DNA from: Anthoceros angustus
Taxonomy: Eukaryota; Plantae; Anthocerotophyta
Assembly (NCBI GenBank): GCA_010909165.1
Contig: VJWM01000178.1
Span: 310,001 to 374,000, forward strand
Direction of reading: 5' to 3'
DNA length: 64,000 nucleotides
Shown here: positions 24,303 through 36,200 of the stretch, one piece after another
How positions within the stretch are numbered: position 1 is the stretch's first letter
Layout of the letters: each line of letters begins with the position of its first letter
Translations under genes and position numbers: made by a program
Notes under the pieces: generated by a model
Databases searched by the model: none
Told to the model about the DNA's origin: nothing
Seen by the model: the letters and a program-made list of their open reading frames with translations, nothing else

Positions 24303-26577
24303 CTAGTCACTCCAGGAGTCCACATCCGGCAGCACCCCAGGACGTCCAACTGCTTCCCCTTCGTCCTACAGAAAACAAATCAAAGTCGGGGTTCTTACTT
24401 ATCGTGGACACTTGTAATGTAGGATGAACAGTTTTTGATAGTTTGCTCATCTAGCCGCCTGTCACCTACTACACCGTGACACAAAAACTGGTACGAAATG
24501 ATACCTCCAATGTGTCCCTATAGGGAGGTCTCCAGACAAGAATTCGACGATCACTACCTCCACTGAAGAGCTCCTAAACAGAATAAAACGAGAGTTACTG
24601 CAACAAGCACAGGCACCACAAGAAGCAGCATACTGATGTTTTCCCCATCACATTCACATAGACATGATTGTGAGATCTAACCTGGTCTTCCAGTCCAAAA
24701 ACACAGCAATTGACTTGGTCGTAATGGCCCCTCAAAATTGACCGAGCCTTCCCAGTCCAGATATCATGCGCCTAGAAATATCAACCACAAATAAGAAGAG
24801 GTAGTCACAGGGTAAAGGCTACACAAAAGGGGGACTGTTCACGCAAACAGAGCCACCACAGCTTGTAAGGGCAACCTGTTCCTACCATTTGCGTGTACCA
24901 TTCTAGGTGGACAAGAGATGCACCCAGGTCAAAACTTGGATTTGTACAACCTGTTCCTACCACTTACTTGGATCGTGCTTGCCTTGGGGACATACACTAG
25001 AGAGGCGTCGAGGGCGACAGCTAGATGCGTGCCCTTACGGGAAGAGATGGAAGTCTTTTCGTAATTGACCAGTGTATTGCAGTTGGAGTCAAGATCCCAC
25101 AGCCTGACGCGTGAGTCCGTACCTACACAACGCGTCTTCTGTGTGACTGTGTGGCAAAGAGATATAAGCATTTCAATAGTACTCCGGTTCACTGCAAACC
25201 AACGATTACCTGCACTGAACAAATACATTCCATCTGGTGTAGTTTGCAGAGCTACCACATCACCATTGTGGGATGTTGCACGATCAGCGGCAGGAGCCAT
25301 GCCTGGATGCTGCCTATGAGATTCAAGTTCCTTCTTTTTGAATCCATTGATCGTACTACAACGAGAGCCTGGCATCCTTGCTACTCTCTGTCTTTCCACG
25401 TCCATGGCACTGGTTGCTGAGGGTATACTGTGCGCCTGTGCACAAGGGCACTTCAATGAGTCATACTTAGAATTCCGGATCATGCTTCTGAAAAAGTTCC
25501 CTACACGGCGACAAAAGCTTGGCAGACAAGTTCTTACCGAAGGGGATCCAGCGACTGATTTCTTGAAGAGTGGTGGCCTGCGTCCAGTCTGAGTGTTTTG
25601 CTGGTCTAGGACAAAGAGGCAGCCGGCACGTCGAATATCCCAAACACGAACTGCGCCATCGCAACTACCAGTATAGAGTACCCACTCTGAGGACGCAGAC
25701 CACTGCAAAGCCCAAACTCCCTCTGGCAGCACGGCATATAAACGAGCCAATGTGAGAAACCACTGAACGTCTGTGCACGATGTGAAGGATACCAAACGAC
25801 AGGCAAACTCGCAATACCTCGATGGCCTGACAGAGTGTGCGTAAAAGCACCAGAGCTCAAATCACAGAGACGCACTTGCGGGCTCTCTGTACCAGCTGCG
25901 AGTAAGGTATGCGATGTAGCCATAGCAGACATTTCGATGGCATAAACCTTTCCAGGAAACTTGAAGTGAAGAACCACCTACCCATGCGCATACATACCGT
26001 CAGACATGACCTCCGACTCTGTCAAACCCCATCTCAAGAAAACCAACACCTGACATGTGCTGCTCACCTCAACAGTGTTGGTATCCCACAAATTGATCCT
26101 TTGGTCGAAGGAGCCGGAAGCGAACAGACCCGTGTCAACAGGGTACCATTGCACACATGACACGGCATACTTGTGGCCTTGCTTGGAGCCCCTCCCGACG
26201 GTAAAAAGCGGTTCATGTCGTTCACAATCTGCCTCTCCATCATAGCAGCTGGCCTGCAAAGTGTCGTACAGGGCTAGAGACCCATCCGAGGCAGCCGACA
26301 GCAGATACCGTGATTCTGCCAAATCCACCTGCGGTCAGGAAGAGACCCTACATCCATGAGCGGGAGAACAGACGAAAGCATGAAGAAAAAGCAACAAGAG
26401 GGCATCCATGCATGGCTTACAAACCTGAAGACAATTCACCCCGCCATTATGCTTGCTCAGAATATCCTTCCGCTTGCTGAGAGTCAGGCTGTGCGCCCCG
26501 GCGGCCCGAACTTGGCGGGGCAACTGCAGAGCCGGACCGCGACCCACCTCTCTCTCCTTCAATCTACGTAGCAGCAT
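24303..26577 (-). CDS. CSA: Cockayne syndrome A / ERCC8 WD40 protein, multi-exon
   Basis: H.GGVNCLQ, RYLLSAASDG, HKYAVSCVQWYPVDTGLFASGSFD, QVRLCDLSSGAFTHTLSGH, TGSCDGAVRVWDIRRAG, ELFSGGSDRRILVW; C-terminus DVDSWSD*. Confidence 0.92.
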
Positions 26578-26644
26578 AGTTTGCCAAATCTGCCGTCTGC
26601 CCTAGGGCGGCGGCCGGAGATGCCCAACTGGCTGGACGGCTGAG

Positions 26645-26652
26645 CCACGTGG
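26645..26652. promoter_or_regulatory. Palindromic G-box CCACGTGG in the 176-bp CSA/SO divergent spacer
   Basis: GAGCCACGTGGTG, 67 nt from the CSA ATG and 101 nt from the SO ATG. Confidence 0.5.
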
Positions 26653-26753
26653 TGTGATGTGGTCGGAATTTCCGATGCTTTGCTCTCTGCCACCGGGCTT
26701 GCTTGGGAAGCTTGGAAGCCAGGGAAACGGCAGAAGCAGAAGCCAGAACAGTC

Positions 26754-27950
26754 ATGTCGCTAATCGGTCCCAAGACATATGAGGCAGAGCCGGAGCGGCA
26801 CCCCGAGCTGCAGATCAACTCGGCGCAGCCCTTCAACGCGGAGCCCCGCCCGCCGTCGCTGGTTGACAAGTACATCACCCCGGAGCATTTCTTCTACAAG
26901 CGCAACCATGGCCCGATCCCCGTCCTCCACGACCCACAATCCTGGGAGCTCCAGGTGCGAGGGCTCCTGCCCCGGGAGCTGCGGCTCTCGCTGCAGGACC
27001 TGGCGGGTCTCCCCAAGCACCGGGTAGTTGTGACTCTGCAGTGCGCGGGCAACCGGCGCACGGAGATGAGCGGGGTGCGCAAGGTGAAGGGTGTTGGGTG
27101 GGGGATGGCAGCGCTGGGGACCGCGGAGTGGGGCGGGGCCAGGCTCTCCGACGTGCTGGCCATCGCGGGGATTGCGCCATGTTCTCAGACCACCCGGCAG
27201 GGCGGGCGGCATGTGGAGTTTGTCAGTGTGGATGTCTGCAAGGAGGAGGAGGGTGGGGCGTACCGTGCTTCCATCCCGCTGCTGCAGGCCACCTCCCTCG
27301 ACGCAGAGGTGCTGCTGGCGTACGAGATGAACGGGGCGGTGTTGAGCAGAGACCACGGATTCCCGCTCCGGGTGGTGGTGCCGGGCGTGATCGGGGCTCG
27401 CTCTGTGAAGTGGCTGGAGAGTGTGGAGGTGACGGAGCGGGAGTGCCAGGGATTCTTCATGCAGCGGGATTACAAGATGTTCCCTCCCTCGGTGGATTGG
27501 GAGAACGTGGACTGGAGCACCCGGCGACCCATCATGGATTTTCCTGTGCAGTGCGCAATCTGCGTCCCTGCAGATGGCACCGCGATACAGCAGGGGAGTT
27601 CAGTCAGGATAGCTGGCTACGCGGTGTCTGGAGGCGGGCGAGGGATTGAGCGCGTCGACGTCTCCTTTGACGGCGGCAGCAATTGGCTGGAGGCCACCCG
27701 CTTGCCGCAGGACAGGCCTCACCCGTACGTCGTGGATGACCCGGATCAGGATAAGTGGGCTTGGGTTTTGTGGGAGATTTTCGTACCCATCAACGCTCCG
27801 ACTGAGATTGTTGCCAAGGCGGTGGATAGCGCGGCCAATGTTCAGCCCAGCGACGTTGGGAGCATTTGGAATTTGAGAGGCGTGCTCAACAATTCCTGGC
27901 ATCGCATTCGTGTAGATGTCATTCCTCGCACCTCCACCTCGCTTCTGTAA
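26754..27950 (+). CDS. SO: Plant sulfite oxidase (Moco, no heme domain), intronless
   Basis: Y..EP.RHP.L.IN...PFNAEP, FFYKRNHGPIP, TLQCAGNRR (Mo-ligand Cys), YEMNG, DHGFPLRVVVPGVIGARSVKW, WNLRGVLNNSWHR; ATG at 26754 matches the homologue start. Confidence 0.96.
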   Translation: MSLIGPKTYEAEPERHPELQINSAQPFNAEPRPPSLVDKYITPEHFFYKRNHGPIPVLHDPQSWELQVRGLLPRELRLSLQDLAGLPKHRVVVTLQCAGNRRTEMSGVRKVKGVGWGMAALGTAEWGGARLSDVLAIAGIAPCSQTTRQGGRHVEFVSVDVCKEEEGGAYRASIPLLQATSLDAEVLLAYEMNGAVLSRDHGFPLRVVVPGVIGARSVKWLESVEVTERECQGFFMQRDYKMFPPSVDWENVDWSTRRPIMDFPVQCAICVPADGTAIQQGSSVRIAGYAVSGGGRGIERVDVSFDGGSNWLEATRLPQDRPHPYVVDDPDQDKWAWVLWEIFVPINAPTEIVAKAVDSAANVQPSDVGSIWNLRGVLNNSWHRIRVDVIPRTSTSLL

Positions 27951-28424
27951 GGCATTCATGGCAGGAGGCTGGATGACAAATGGCAGGATGCTGGTGGACA
28001 AATGGCAGGAGGCTGTTGGACAAATGTCCCCTCCAATTCCTTGTAGATAATTTTTTTCCGAGCAATGTACACTGATCCAACCACTCTGATTTCTGCGAGT
28101 GTCTGATTTCTGCGATACATGGAGTGTGAGCTGTTACACAAGGAGTGAGAGGTATGATAGATGGAGTGAGTGCTATGCTAGATGGAGTGAGATCTATCAG
28201 ATGCCTCCACCTCCTTTTGTGGGGCCTTCACCTTTTCAGTCCATCACATGCAGCAGACTGGAGGACAATGCTTTCTAGGTAGTTTCCTGTCCGAGTAATG
28301 TTACAAGTTGGGAACACGCCAAAACTGATGCAATCACTCGGGTCTTCTACGAGTGAGAGCTTTGAAGTCTCTCTACCAAATGCCTACCGAAGTTTATGCC
28401 TGGAACATTTACTGAGAGCAGAGC

Positions 28425-30152
28425 TCACTCATCGTCAGAATCGAATGTGATCCTAGAAGCCTTAGGGGCATCAGCGGTGATCTCTTTGAAGTGAGCACCG
28501 TAGAGCTTGGATTCCTTCTTCTTCACGTGTGTGCCGAACTTGAGGAGCTCTTCAGGTACGGGTTGTCCTGCCTCCTTCAGCACGTTGATGAGCTCTCCAG
28601 AACGGGCCCTGTCGGCATGCGTGAAGAAAGTGTGGGCAGTCCCCTTCCTGCCAGCCCTGCCAGTGCGGCCGATGCGGTGGACGTAGTCCTCTGTGGTGAG
28701 GGGGAAGCTGTAGTTGATGACGTACTCCACATCTGGGATGTCCAGGCCTCTAGCAGCCACATCAGTGGCGATGAGCAGTGGGCACGTTCCGTCCTTGAAG
28801 GATGCCACAGCCCTGTTCCTCCCTGATTGATCCTTGTCTCCGTGAACAGCAACCACCTTCCAGCTTTTCCTCTGTAGGAACTCTTCCACCCGAACTGCCT
28901 CCTTCTTGTAGAGAACGAACACGATGATGCGGTTCGTGCGACTCTTGTGATACCGCCGCAAGAGGGACTCCAGGTGAGCATCTCTGGCATTTGAGTCCAT
29001 GACCTCCACGATTTGGGTGACGTCATGGTTCGCTGCCAGGTCCTGGGAGCCGATCATCACCTTGATGGGGCTCGGATCCTGCATGAATTCCTTGGCAAGT
29101 TGATCCACCGCCAGAGGCCAGGTTGCACTAAACATGACAGTCTGCCGACGCTTGGACGTCAGGCCAACAATAGCACGGATGGCAGGCTCGAACCCCAAAT
29201 CCAGCATCCGATCTGCCTCATCCAAAACCACAAACGACACCTGTTCCAAGGAGCAACATCCCTCTTGCACGAGATCCTGCAACCGACCAGGAGTGGCCAC
29301 CACAACCGTGGCACCATTCCTCAAGGCCTTGATCTGCGGTCCCTTCGAAGCACCTCCATAAATACAAGCAACCTTAACCCCGCAAGCTTGTCCCGCAGTT
29401 TCCAGCACCTCAGCAATCTGCTGGCAAAGCTCACGAGTCGGAGCAAGCACCAGGCACAGGGGCCTCTTCTGCGCGGACCCCGTGCCCTTCTTCAACACAT
29501 GGTCCATAGCAGGCACTCCGAAAGCAAGTGTCTTCCCCGACCCCGTGGCAGCGATGCCAATAAAATCCCTCGCGGCCAGCAAAAACGGCCAAGCATACGC
29601 CTGTATAGGAGACGGCTTCTCAAACCCCTTGCAGCAGTCCATGATGTTCTTCGCCACCTTGGCCTCATCGAAGGAAACATACGGCTTCACACCTTCACTG
29701 CCAGATCCAGACACCGACACGAAAGCATCATCCTTCCCCTTCCCACCCGACGGGGCGGCCGCATCCACGGGCGAAGACCTAGCCGCAGCCCCTTCCACAC
29801 TACCGCTGCCATCCTTTTTCTCCTTCTTCCTCTTCTCCTTCTTCTTCAACACATTCTCCTCACCACCTCCTGCCGACACAACGTCAGCTGCATCCACCTC
29901 CTTCTTCTCAACCTTCGGCTCCTCCACAGCCCGATCCCCGCCAGCTTCATGCTTCTTCCCCTTCCTCTGCTTCTTCTCAGACTTCGGCCCATGGCTCCCG
30001 TTCAGAATCTCCTTGCATTCTCCATTACTAGCATGTGCCAACCCCGGCTCCTGCTCCTGCTCCTGCTCCGCCTTTCTCTTCTTTTTCACCTTCTGCAACT
30101 TCTCCTCACCACCCTTCCTCTCCTCCACTGCGACACCCACGGAGCGGGCCAT
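28425..30152 (-). CDS. RH5: DEAD-box RNA helicase 5 (STRS1/Dbp3-like), intronless
   Basis: Lys-rich N-terminus, PSPIQ, ATGSGKT, PTREL, TPGRL, LDEADRMLD, SAT, HRIGRTGRAG; C-terminus GTHVKKKESKLYGAHFKEI. Confidence 0.95.
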   Translation of the reverse strand: MARSVGVAVEERKGGEEKLQKVKKKRKAEQEQEQEPGLAHASNGECKEILNGSHGPKSEKKQRKGKKHEAGGDRAVEEPKVEKKEVDAADVVSAGGGEENVLKKKEKRKKEKKDGSGSVEGAAARSSPVDAAAPSGGKGKDDAFVSVSGSGSEGVKPYVSFDEAKVAKNIMDCCKGFEKPSPIQAYAWPFLLAARDFIGIAATGSGKTLAFGVPAMDHVLKKGTGSAQKRPLCLVLAPTRELCQQIAEVLETAGQACGVKVACIYGGASKGPQIKALRNGATVVVATPGRLQDLVQEGCCSLEQVSFVVLDEADRMLDLGFEPAIRAIVGLTSKRRQTVMFSATWPLAVDQLAKEFMQDPSPIKVMIGSQDLAANHDVTQIVEVMDSNARDAHLESLLRRYHKSRTNRIIVFVLYKKEAVRVEEFLQRKSWKVVAVHGDKDQSGRNRAVASFKDGTCPLLIATDVAARGLDIPDVEYVINYSFPLTTEDYVHRIGRTGRAGRKGTAHTFFTHADRARSGELINVLKEAGQPVPEELLKFGTHVKKKESKLYGAHFKEITADAPKASRITFDSDDE

Positions 30153-30457
30153 CGCGCGGCAAAGCAGTTTCTTCCTGTGCGCTTTTCATAAATGTGAGCT
30201 GCGGGCATCTACATATATACTGAAGACCTAAACATGGAACCCATCCCAAATCTCGCTATTTAGGTCATCCTCGACTGATTACAGTCGAGGCCAGGCCTTC
30301 CCTTTTCAGGCTCCTGGACGGACCCGATGCGGTGACACCGCGGAATTGGGTGGCCTCCTCCTCAGATCGGAAACCTGCAAGAGCCATCGTGCAGCGGAAT
30401 TGCGGTTTTGCCAGGCTCCTTGGTGAAGGTCATGTGTGCGGGCGGGATTGAGATGAA

Positions 30458-32578
30458 ATGGCCACAGGCGAGGATCGGCAGGGATCACCTCCACGGTTTC
30501 CGCCGACCTCCCTCACGAGGCAGAGAAGTGGGTCATCATTTCAGGGCAGCTTGACCCCGAGTCCCAGCCGGCAGCCGAGATGGCCGCCCCTGGAGCACGC
30601 CCAGTCCCTGGACTCCGGGGCCTGGGCCAGGCTGAATTCCTCCCCCTCACCAGGAAGCAGCACGCTGACTCGATCCCCGTCCATTGCCAGGAGCAGGACG
30701 GGGAAATTCCACGATGGGGTGTCGAGCTTGACGACTCCTTCCAGCGCGGGGTCTGGCTCTGGCTCTGGGAGTGTCTCCATGCTGGCATCGCCGGAATCCA
30801 CGGGGACGATGGTGTCTCAGGCCTCCAGGAAGAAGCTCCTTCGCACGCAGAGCAGCTTCAGCCTGCGGGGGCTGGATCCGGAGGGGGTGAATTCCAGGAA
30901 GAGGCGGGCGTTCCACAGGAAGGCGGTGAAGGTGATGGTGTTGGTGTCCTTGTTCATTGTCTTCTTCTTCGTGTGTGACTGGCTGGCTCTGGGGTATCTG
31001 CGTCGTCAGGGTGGGGGCGACTCGGGGGAGAGCTTCGTGTATGCTACCACCAGGTTAGACGGGCAGTGGAGCAAGATCGCGCAGGGGAAGGAACATACCG
31101 GGGTCATGTACGAGAGATTGCTAGCTCTGGCGGCCCACGCGCTGGCGGAGGCGGAGTCGGAGGTGGAGGCGGAGGATTTGTGGGAGGAGCCGGCGGAGGC
31201 TGGTGCGTGGAAGCCCTGTGCCGACCAGGGCAGTGTAGATTATCCCCCGCCTGTGGATCCTTCGAGCAGCACTGGGTACATTGTGGTGAGTGCTAATGGC
31301 GGGCTCAACCAGCAGCGTGTGGCGGTGTGCAATTCCGTGGCTGTGGCACGGTTGCTGAATGCAACCCTGGTGCTTCCTGGGTTTCTCCTCAACAGCGTGT
31401 GGATGGATGACAGCCAGTTCGGGGACATCTATGACGAGGACTACTTCATGGAGTACCTCAAGGGGGATGTGCACTTTGTGAAGGAGCTTCCCGTGGAGCT
31501 CCGGTCACTGGACCTGGCTGCCATGGGGAGCCTGGTGACGGACTTCGACATCGAGAAGGAGGCCAAGCCCAGCTTCTATGTGAACAGCATCCTCCCCATC
31601 CTGCTGAAGAATCGGGTGGTGCATTTCCAGGGCTTTGGGAACCGGCTCTCCTTCGACCCCATCCCGTTCGAGGTTCAGAGGCTGCGGTGCCGATGCAACT
31701 TCCACGCCCTGAGGTTCGTGCCTCGGCTGCTGGCCACGTCCGAGGTTCTGATTCACAGGATTCGGAACTACCAGGACCTGCGGTGGGGGAACCAGAGCGG
31801 GGATGTGGGTGGGGAGGGGGATGTGGAACCCGGGCCTGTGAAGTACTTGGGGCTGCATCTCAGGTTCGAGATAGACATGGTGGCGCACTCCCGGTGCGAA
31901 TTCGGGGGCGGGGAGAGCGAGAGGAAGGAGCTGGAGGCCTTCCGGGAGCTGCACTTCCCGGGGGTGGCGGATTTCGAGCAGAGCCAGAAGAGATTGTCCG
32001 CGGCGAAGCGGAGGGAGTTGGGTTGGTGCCCGCTGACGCCGGAGGAGACGGTGGTGATGCTGGCGGCGCTCGGGTTCAAGCGCAGGACGCGCATGTTTCT
32101 GGCGGGAGCCAGCATCTACGGGGGAGCTTCAAGGATGGCGGCGCTCACCAGCATGTATCCGAATCTGGTGACCAAGGAGGAGCTGCTGACGCCCGAGGAG
32201 CTGTCGCCCTTCAAGGGCCACAGCTCGCAGCTGGCGGCGCTGGATTTCATCGCCTGTGTGGCTGCGGATGTGTTCGCCATGTCCGATTCCGGGAGTCAGC
32301 TGGCGTCGCTGGTGACGGGGCAGCGGGTGTACCACGGGGGCGGAAAGAAGCCCACTATCCGGCCCAACAAGAAGCGGCTGGCGGCGATCTTCTCGCAGAG
32401 CGCAACTATCGAGTGGGAGGAGTTCCGGGAGCGTGTGCGCACTTCCGTGCGGCAGACCAGGCGGACGGACGTCCGCCCCAAAGCCCGCAGCGTCTACCGC
32501 TACCCTCGCTGTCCCGAGTGCATGTGCCTGGACCCTGGCTCTCGTCCCTTGCCTTCCAGCAACACGACGGAGGGGTGA
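30458..32578 (+). CDS. FRIABLE1-like GT106/O-fucosyltransferase-family glycosyltransferase, intronless
   Basis: TM VMVLVSLFIVFFFVC; SANGGLNQQRVAVCN, SQFGDIY, KEAKPSFY, GFGNRLSFDPIPFEVQRLRCRCNFHAL, HLRFEIDMVAHS, CPLTPEE, DSGSQLASLV. Confidence 0.92.
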   Translation: MATGEDRQGSPPRFPPTSLTRQRSGSSFQGSLTPSPSRQPRWPPLEHAQSLDSGAWARLNSSPSPGSSTLTRSPSIARSRTGKFHDGVSSLTTPSSAGSGSGSGSVSMLASPESTGTMVSQASRKKLLRTQSSFSLRGLDPEGVNSRKRRAFHRKAVKVMVLVSLFIVFFFVCDWLALGYLRRQGGGDSGESFVYATTRLDGQWSKIAQGKEHTGVMYERLLALAAHALAEAESEVEAEDLWEEPAEAGAWKPCADQGSVDYPPPVDPSSSTGYIVVSANGGLNQQRVAVCNSVAVARLLNATLVLPGFLLNSVWMDDSQFGDIYDEDYFMEYLKGDVHFVKELPVELRSLDLAAMGSLVTDFDIEKEAKPSFYVNSILPILLKNRVVHFQGFGNRLSFDPIPFEVQRLRCRCNFHALRFVPRLLATSEVLIHRIRNYQDLRWGNQSGDVGGEGDVEPGPVKYLGLHLRFEIDMVAHSRCEFGGGESERKELEAFRELHFPGVADFEQSQKRLSAAKRRELGWCPLTPEETVVMLAALGFKRRTRMFLAGASIYGGASRMAALTSMYPNLVTKEELLTPEELSPFKGHSSQLAALDFIACVAADVFAMSDSGSQLASLVTGQRVYHGGGKKPTIRPNKKRLAAIFSQSATIEWEEFRERVRTSVRQTRRTDVRPKARSVYRYPRCPECMCLDPGSRPLPSSNTTEG

Positions 32579-33237
32579 GCCGGGAGACCCAGCCGGTTTC
32601 TTGTGCGGCTGGTTTGCTCGTTGCAGTCAGTGTAAAGCTCCCAAAGTGGGTGGGCTGCTGTCTGCCTGCACCAAGTGAGACAGAAGTGAAGACGTTTTGT
32701 GCTGCTTCAGTTATGCATGAGCGGTAAAGTGGAAGAGCACTGGGCAGGCAAACAAATGATCGGGCCAAGCATGAACCTGGGGTGGGGTATGGTTTGCTTC
32801 CAGGGGATGATACTGTTTGACAGGCCATGCAGCCATGGGGCTGACGGCCTAACTTCAAGGGATTGAGAGAGAGAGACAGGCTGGTTTCGCAAGCCAGCTG
32901 TTGCAAGGAAAGCTTTGCACAGCTCCTGGCTCCCTCCTCGGGGAAGTAGGATGCCGGTCTGGGGGATGAAGCTGCATGTTTGTGGCCAACACCACCGTCT
33001 AACACAACGTCTTAGGAAACAAATAATAAGAAGTAGTGCAGTCAGTGTTTCTGTTCTCTGATTGTGAACACTTCACTCTGACTGTGAGACCCTGTAGACA
33101 GGAAGTTTCTCAGTTCAGCCACTTCCAGCATAGGGAAGGGCCATGAATGGAGAGAGATTCCTGGAACTAGATGGTAAAAATCACAGCGAGTACCCATGCT
33201 ATTGCCACATGGTACCAACTTTCATCACCCTCCTATG

Positions 33238-36200
33238 TCAGCCACTGGTCACAACCAGTTTCTGCTTTTTTAGCTGCTTAAGCCATGAAGCCCAGAAGAG
33301 ATTCGACACCAAGGTCTGAGCGTTGCCAATCACAATTACCCCTCTTTTAGCTCGTGTCAACGCAACGTTCATTCGGCGTGGATCCGTAACAAAGCCTAAC
33401 TTCCCTCCCAAATTAGACCGAACTGTGCACAAAACTATCACCTGCAGAAGAGGCTAAGTTATCAGTGCCTGCTCACTCATTGTTCCAGGCAACGAGATGG
33501 CTCTCATGAAACATTTCACCGACAAGTCGAACAACCTAGTGCTGGCTCTAAATCTGTACCTCCTTCTCTCGTCCTTGAAAACCATCAACAGTCTTCACTT
33601 CCAGGCCTGAGTATTTGCCCTTTTCCTCACCTTCAGCAGAACGGAATAGATCTTGCAACAGTCTGACCTGAAGACAATTACAGGGCATTGTATTCAGTAC
33701 AGAGCAGTGATTGCCACACACAGAAACATCACCTGACACAGTTAAATTACCTGAGCACTATATGGAGCGATCACGCCCACCTCCAACTGTGCACCATCAA
33801 TGTCACCGCCGCATAGCAAAAGTTCTACAGCTTTCACAACCTGAAATGAACCACACTACTACTCCAATGTGAATCTGTCACAGGGCTTTGAATACAAGAT
33901 CTTAGATGATACATCGCAAATGTTCAAGTAGCAACCACATCTGTGGAACCCCGATAACCACAGAACTCGTCATTTCAGGAGGTCTACCTGCAATGCCTCA
34001 AAACGGTTGAACCAAGAGTTTCCAAGAGGTGTGGTTTCCTCTTTGCCATCTGGACAATCTATGAAGACAAGCGGCTGCTCTGGATTGGGCCATTCAAACC
34101 TGATGCATCCATCAAAGGGATGATTACTTCACAAGTAACAAGTTATGTACAAATGCTGTGTGTTCTACTTGCCTGTATTGTGGGACACACAAACAGAAGA
34201 AACAAACACTTCGCAACTTTTTGACCAACCCTTTGGGTGCGGGCCTTTCAGAAGGCTTTGGATTTGACAGCAGCTGGCCACCATAGAACATAACAGACGG
34301 AAGTCTTGCTATTGCAGGATGCATTCTGGCTCAAAAACTTAGCTTGTTAGCTTGCTACCTTGCATCAATGGATAGTTCCTGCAGGACAAACTGTCACACT
34401 TCTTTGCTCAACGTGTTTATCTCAGATAGGAACGGTACCTGTACTGGGTGTTTAGCAGGGATGGTTTCAGCCCACACAATTGCAAACGCTCAAAGAGGCT
34501 AATGCTCAATCCTGCCTGATTCACCAGAACACGTAAGCCCTAAAGTGATACCCAGAAACTGTCAGGCACCTTGAAGAGCGGCTACCAACCTCCACAGCAT
34601 CTTGTGACACCACAGTAGGAGGAAGCTGAGCAGGGTCTCCCACCAGAACAACACGGTCTGACCCACTCTTCAAGAGGGGGATCAAGGTAACAGGCTCTGT
34701 TGCCTGAAAGATGCACCAGAAGAAGTATGATATCACTCAAACTGCGAATTGCAATGGGAAAGGGGAAACCCAGATGGCTCTTACAGCTGCACTACTGGGT
34801 ATACCTGTGTTGCCTCATCTATGACGCAGACCTGGAATTTCAGGCCATCCAAAATCGTGTCACCAGCACCCACACAGGTTGACACAACAACTTCAGCCCT
34901 GTACATAAGCAGCACAGTAATGACCAGGCAGCACAAGCGACAAGAATCCAACAAGTAACCTCACACACTGGACACCAATTCTCCACCCAACCAGTTCAAC
35001 TTTGGAGGAAGACAATAGGTTCGGACAAACCTATCAAGAATGGCCTTCGTGGCCTGGGTTTCAAGAGCAGCAGCAGCTTCCCAAGTTGAAGTGGCCTCTT
35101 TAGCACTGGTCATCCTCTTGTGGCCATTGTTGATTTGCCTTGCATCCTGTCTCTGTAGGATGGCCACCTGTTTAAGCTCGCAAGCTCTTTCCATCAATGG
35201 GTGTCTCTCCACCTGGGCCTCGATAGTTGCTTCTCTTAGCTCTTCTTTCACCTACTAGTTTCAGACATGAGTCAAAAGTTCAATTCTGGTGATGTGCCAA
35301 TTCAACAAGCTTCCAAGATTACATCAAAGTACTTCACACCTTCACAGGTTGGCCAACACGAACAACTTTGAGCCCTTGCTGCAGGAGTCCTTCCAAAAGA
35401 TTGTCCACTGCAACATTGCTGCACTCCGGACAAAAAAATAGGACTTCAAATCTCTAGACTGGTATAGAGTCATCCAGAATAACCTGAACGACTCAGAAGA
35501 CAAAGGCTCACATCAGACGACCAGGTAAGGAACACAGAAATGCACCTGTCCGCGCATGCCAACACTTTCCCTTGACCGCTCCGACAAAATGCACGGATAA
35601 ATTGCACCAGTGTCTTGGTCTTTCCTGTTCCTGGTGGACCTTGCCAAAGAGTTACCCTTTGGGTCATTCCAGCAATCAGGGCCCCCTCTTGACTGGCATT
35701 GAGGTCTGTCTGCATGCTGCGCAATGTTGACTTTAAAGAATATTTAAAACTGCCCAGGTTCTTGCCGCTTATGCTTGTGGCAGGACTGGTAGCGGCAGCC
35801 AGGGCTTCCAAGCTTACTGCGTCTCTTTGAGCTTGGTACAGCCCATTCTCCTGACCCGCTCGGCCTATGGTATCGGGATCAATATTAACCATACTTCCCT
35901 CATGACCTAAAATAAGATTCCGGATTGCCAGCAGTCCCTCTCCAAGTATAATAGTGTCTACTGATGTCAATCCTAAAGTAATGCCAGGTGAAGATGCTGG
36001 AATCTGCACACGGGTGGATTCCAGGGACAGCTGTCGTATTGAAGGTGAAGAAATTAGGTCAACAGCTGAAACACATCTCTCAAACGACACACGGTTGGCA
36101 GAGAGATCTAAACGCCATCTAGGATGGCCTTTCAGCAACTTGGCCTGGTCTGCAGTGACTGTCACTCGCAAAAACCTGCGTCGTAAATGACAACCTTTAA

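Noticed and set aside
29013-30231. Long plus-strand ORFs (392 and 249 aa) and similar antisense ORFs over SO, FRB1-like, MYB and RPL4
   Set aside because: Shadow ORFs from GC-rich codon bias opposite real genes; no recognisable domains.
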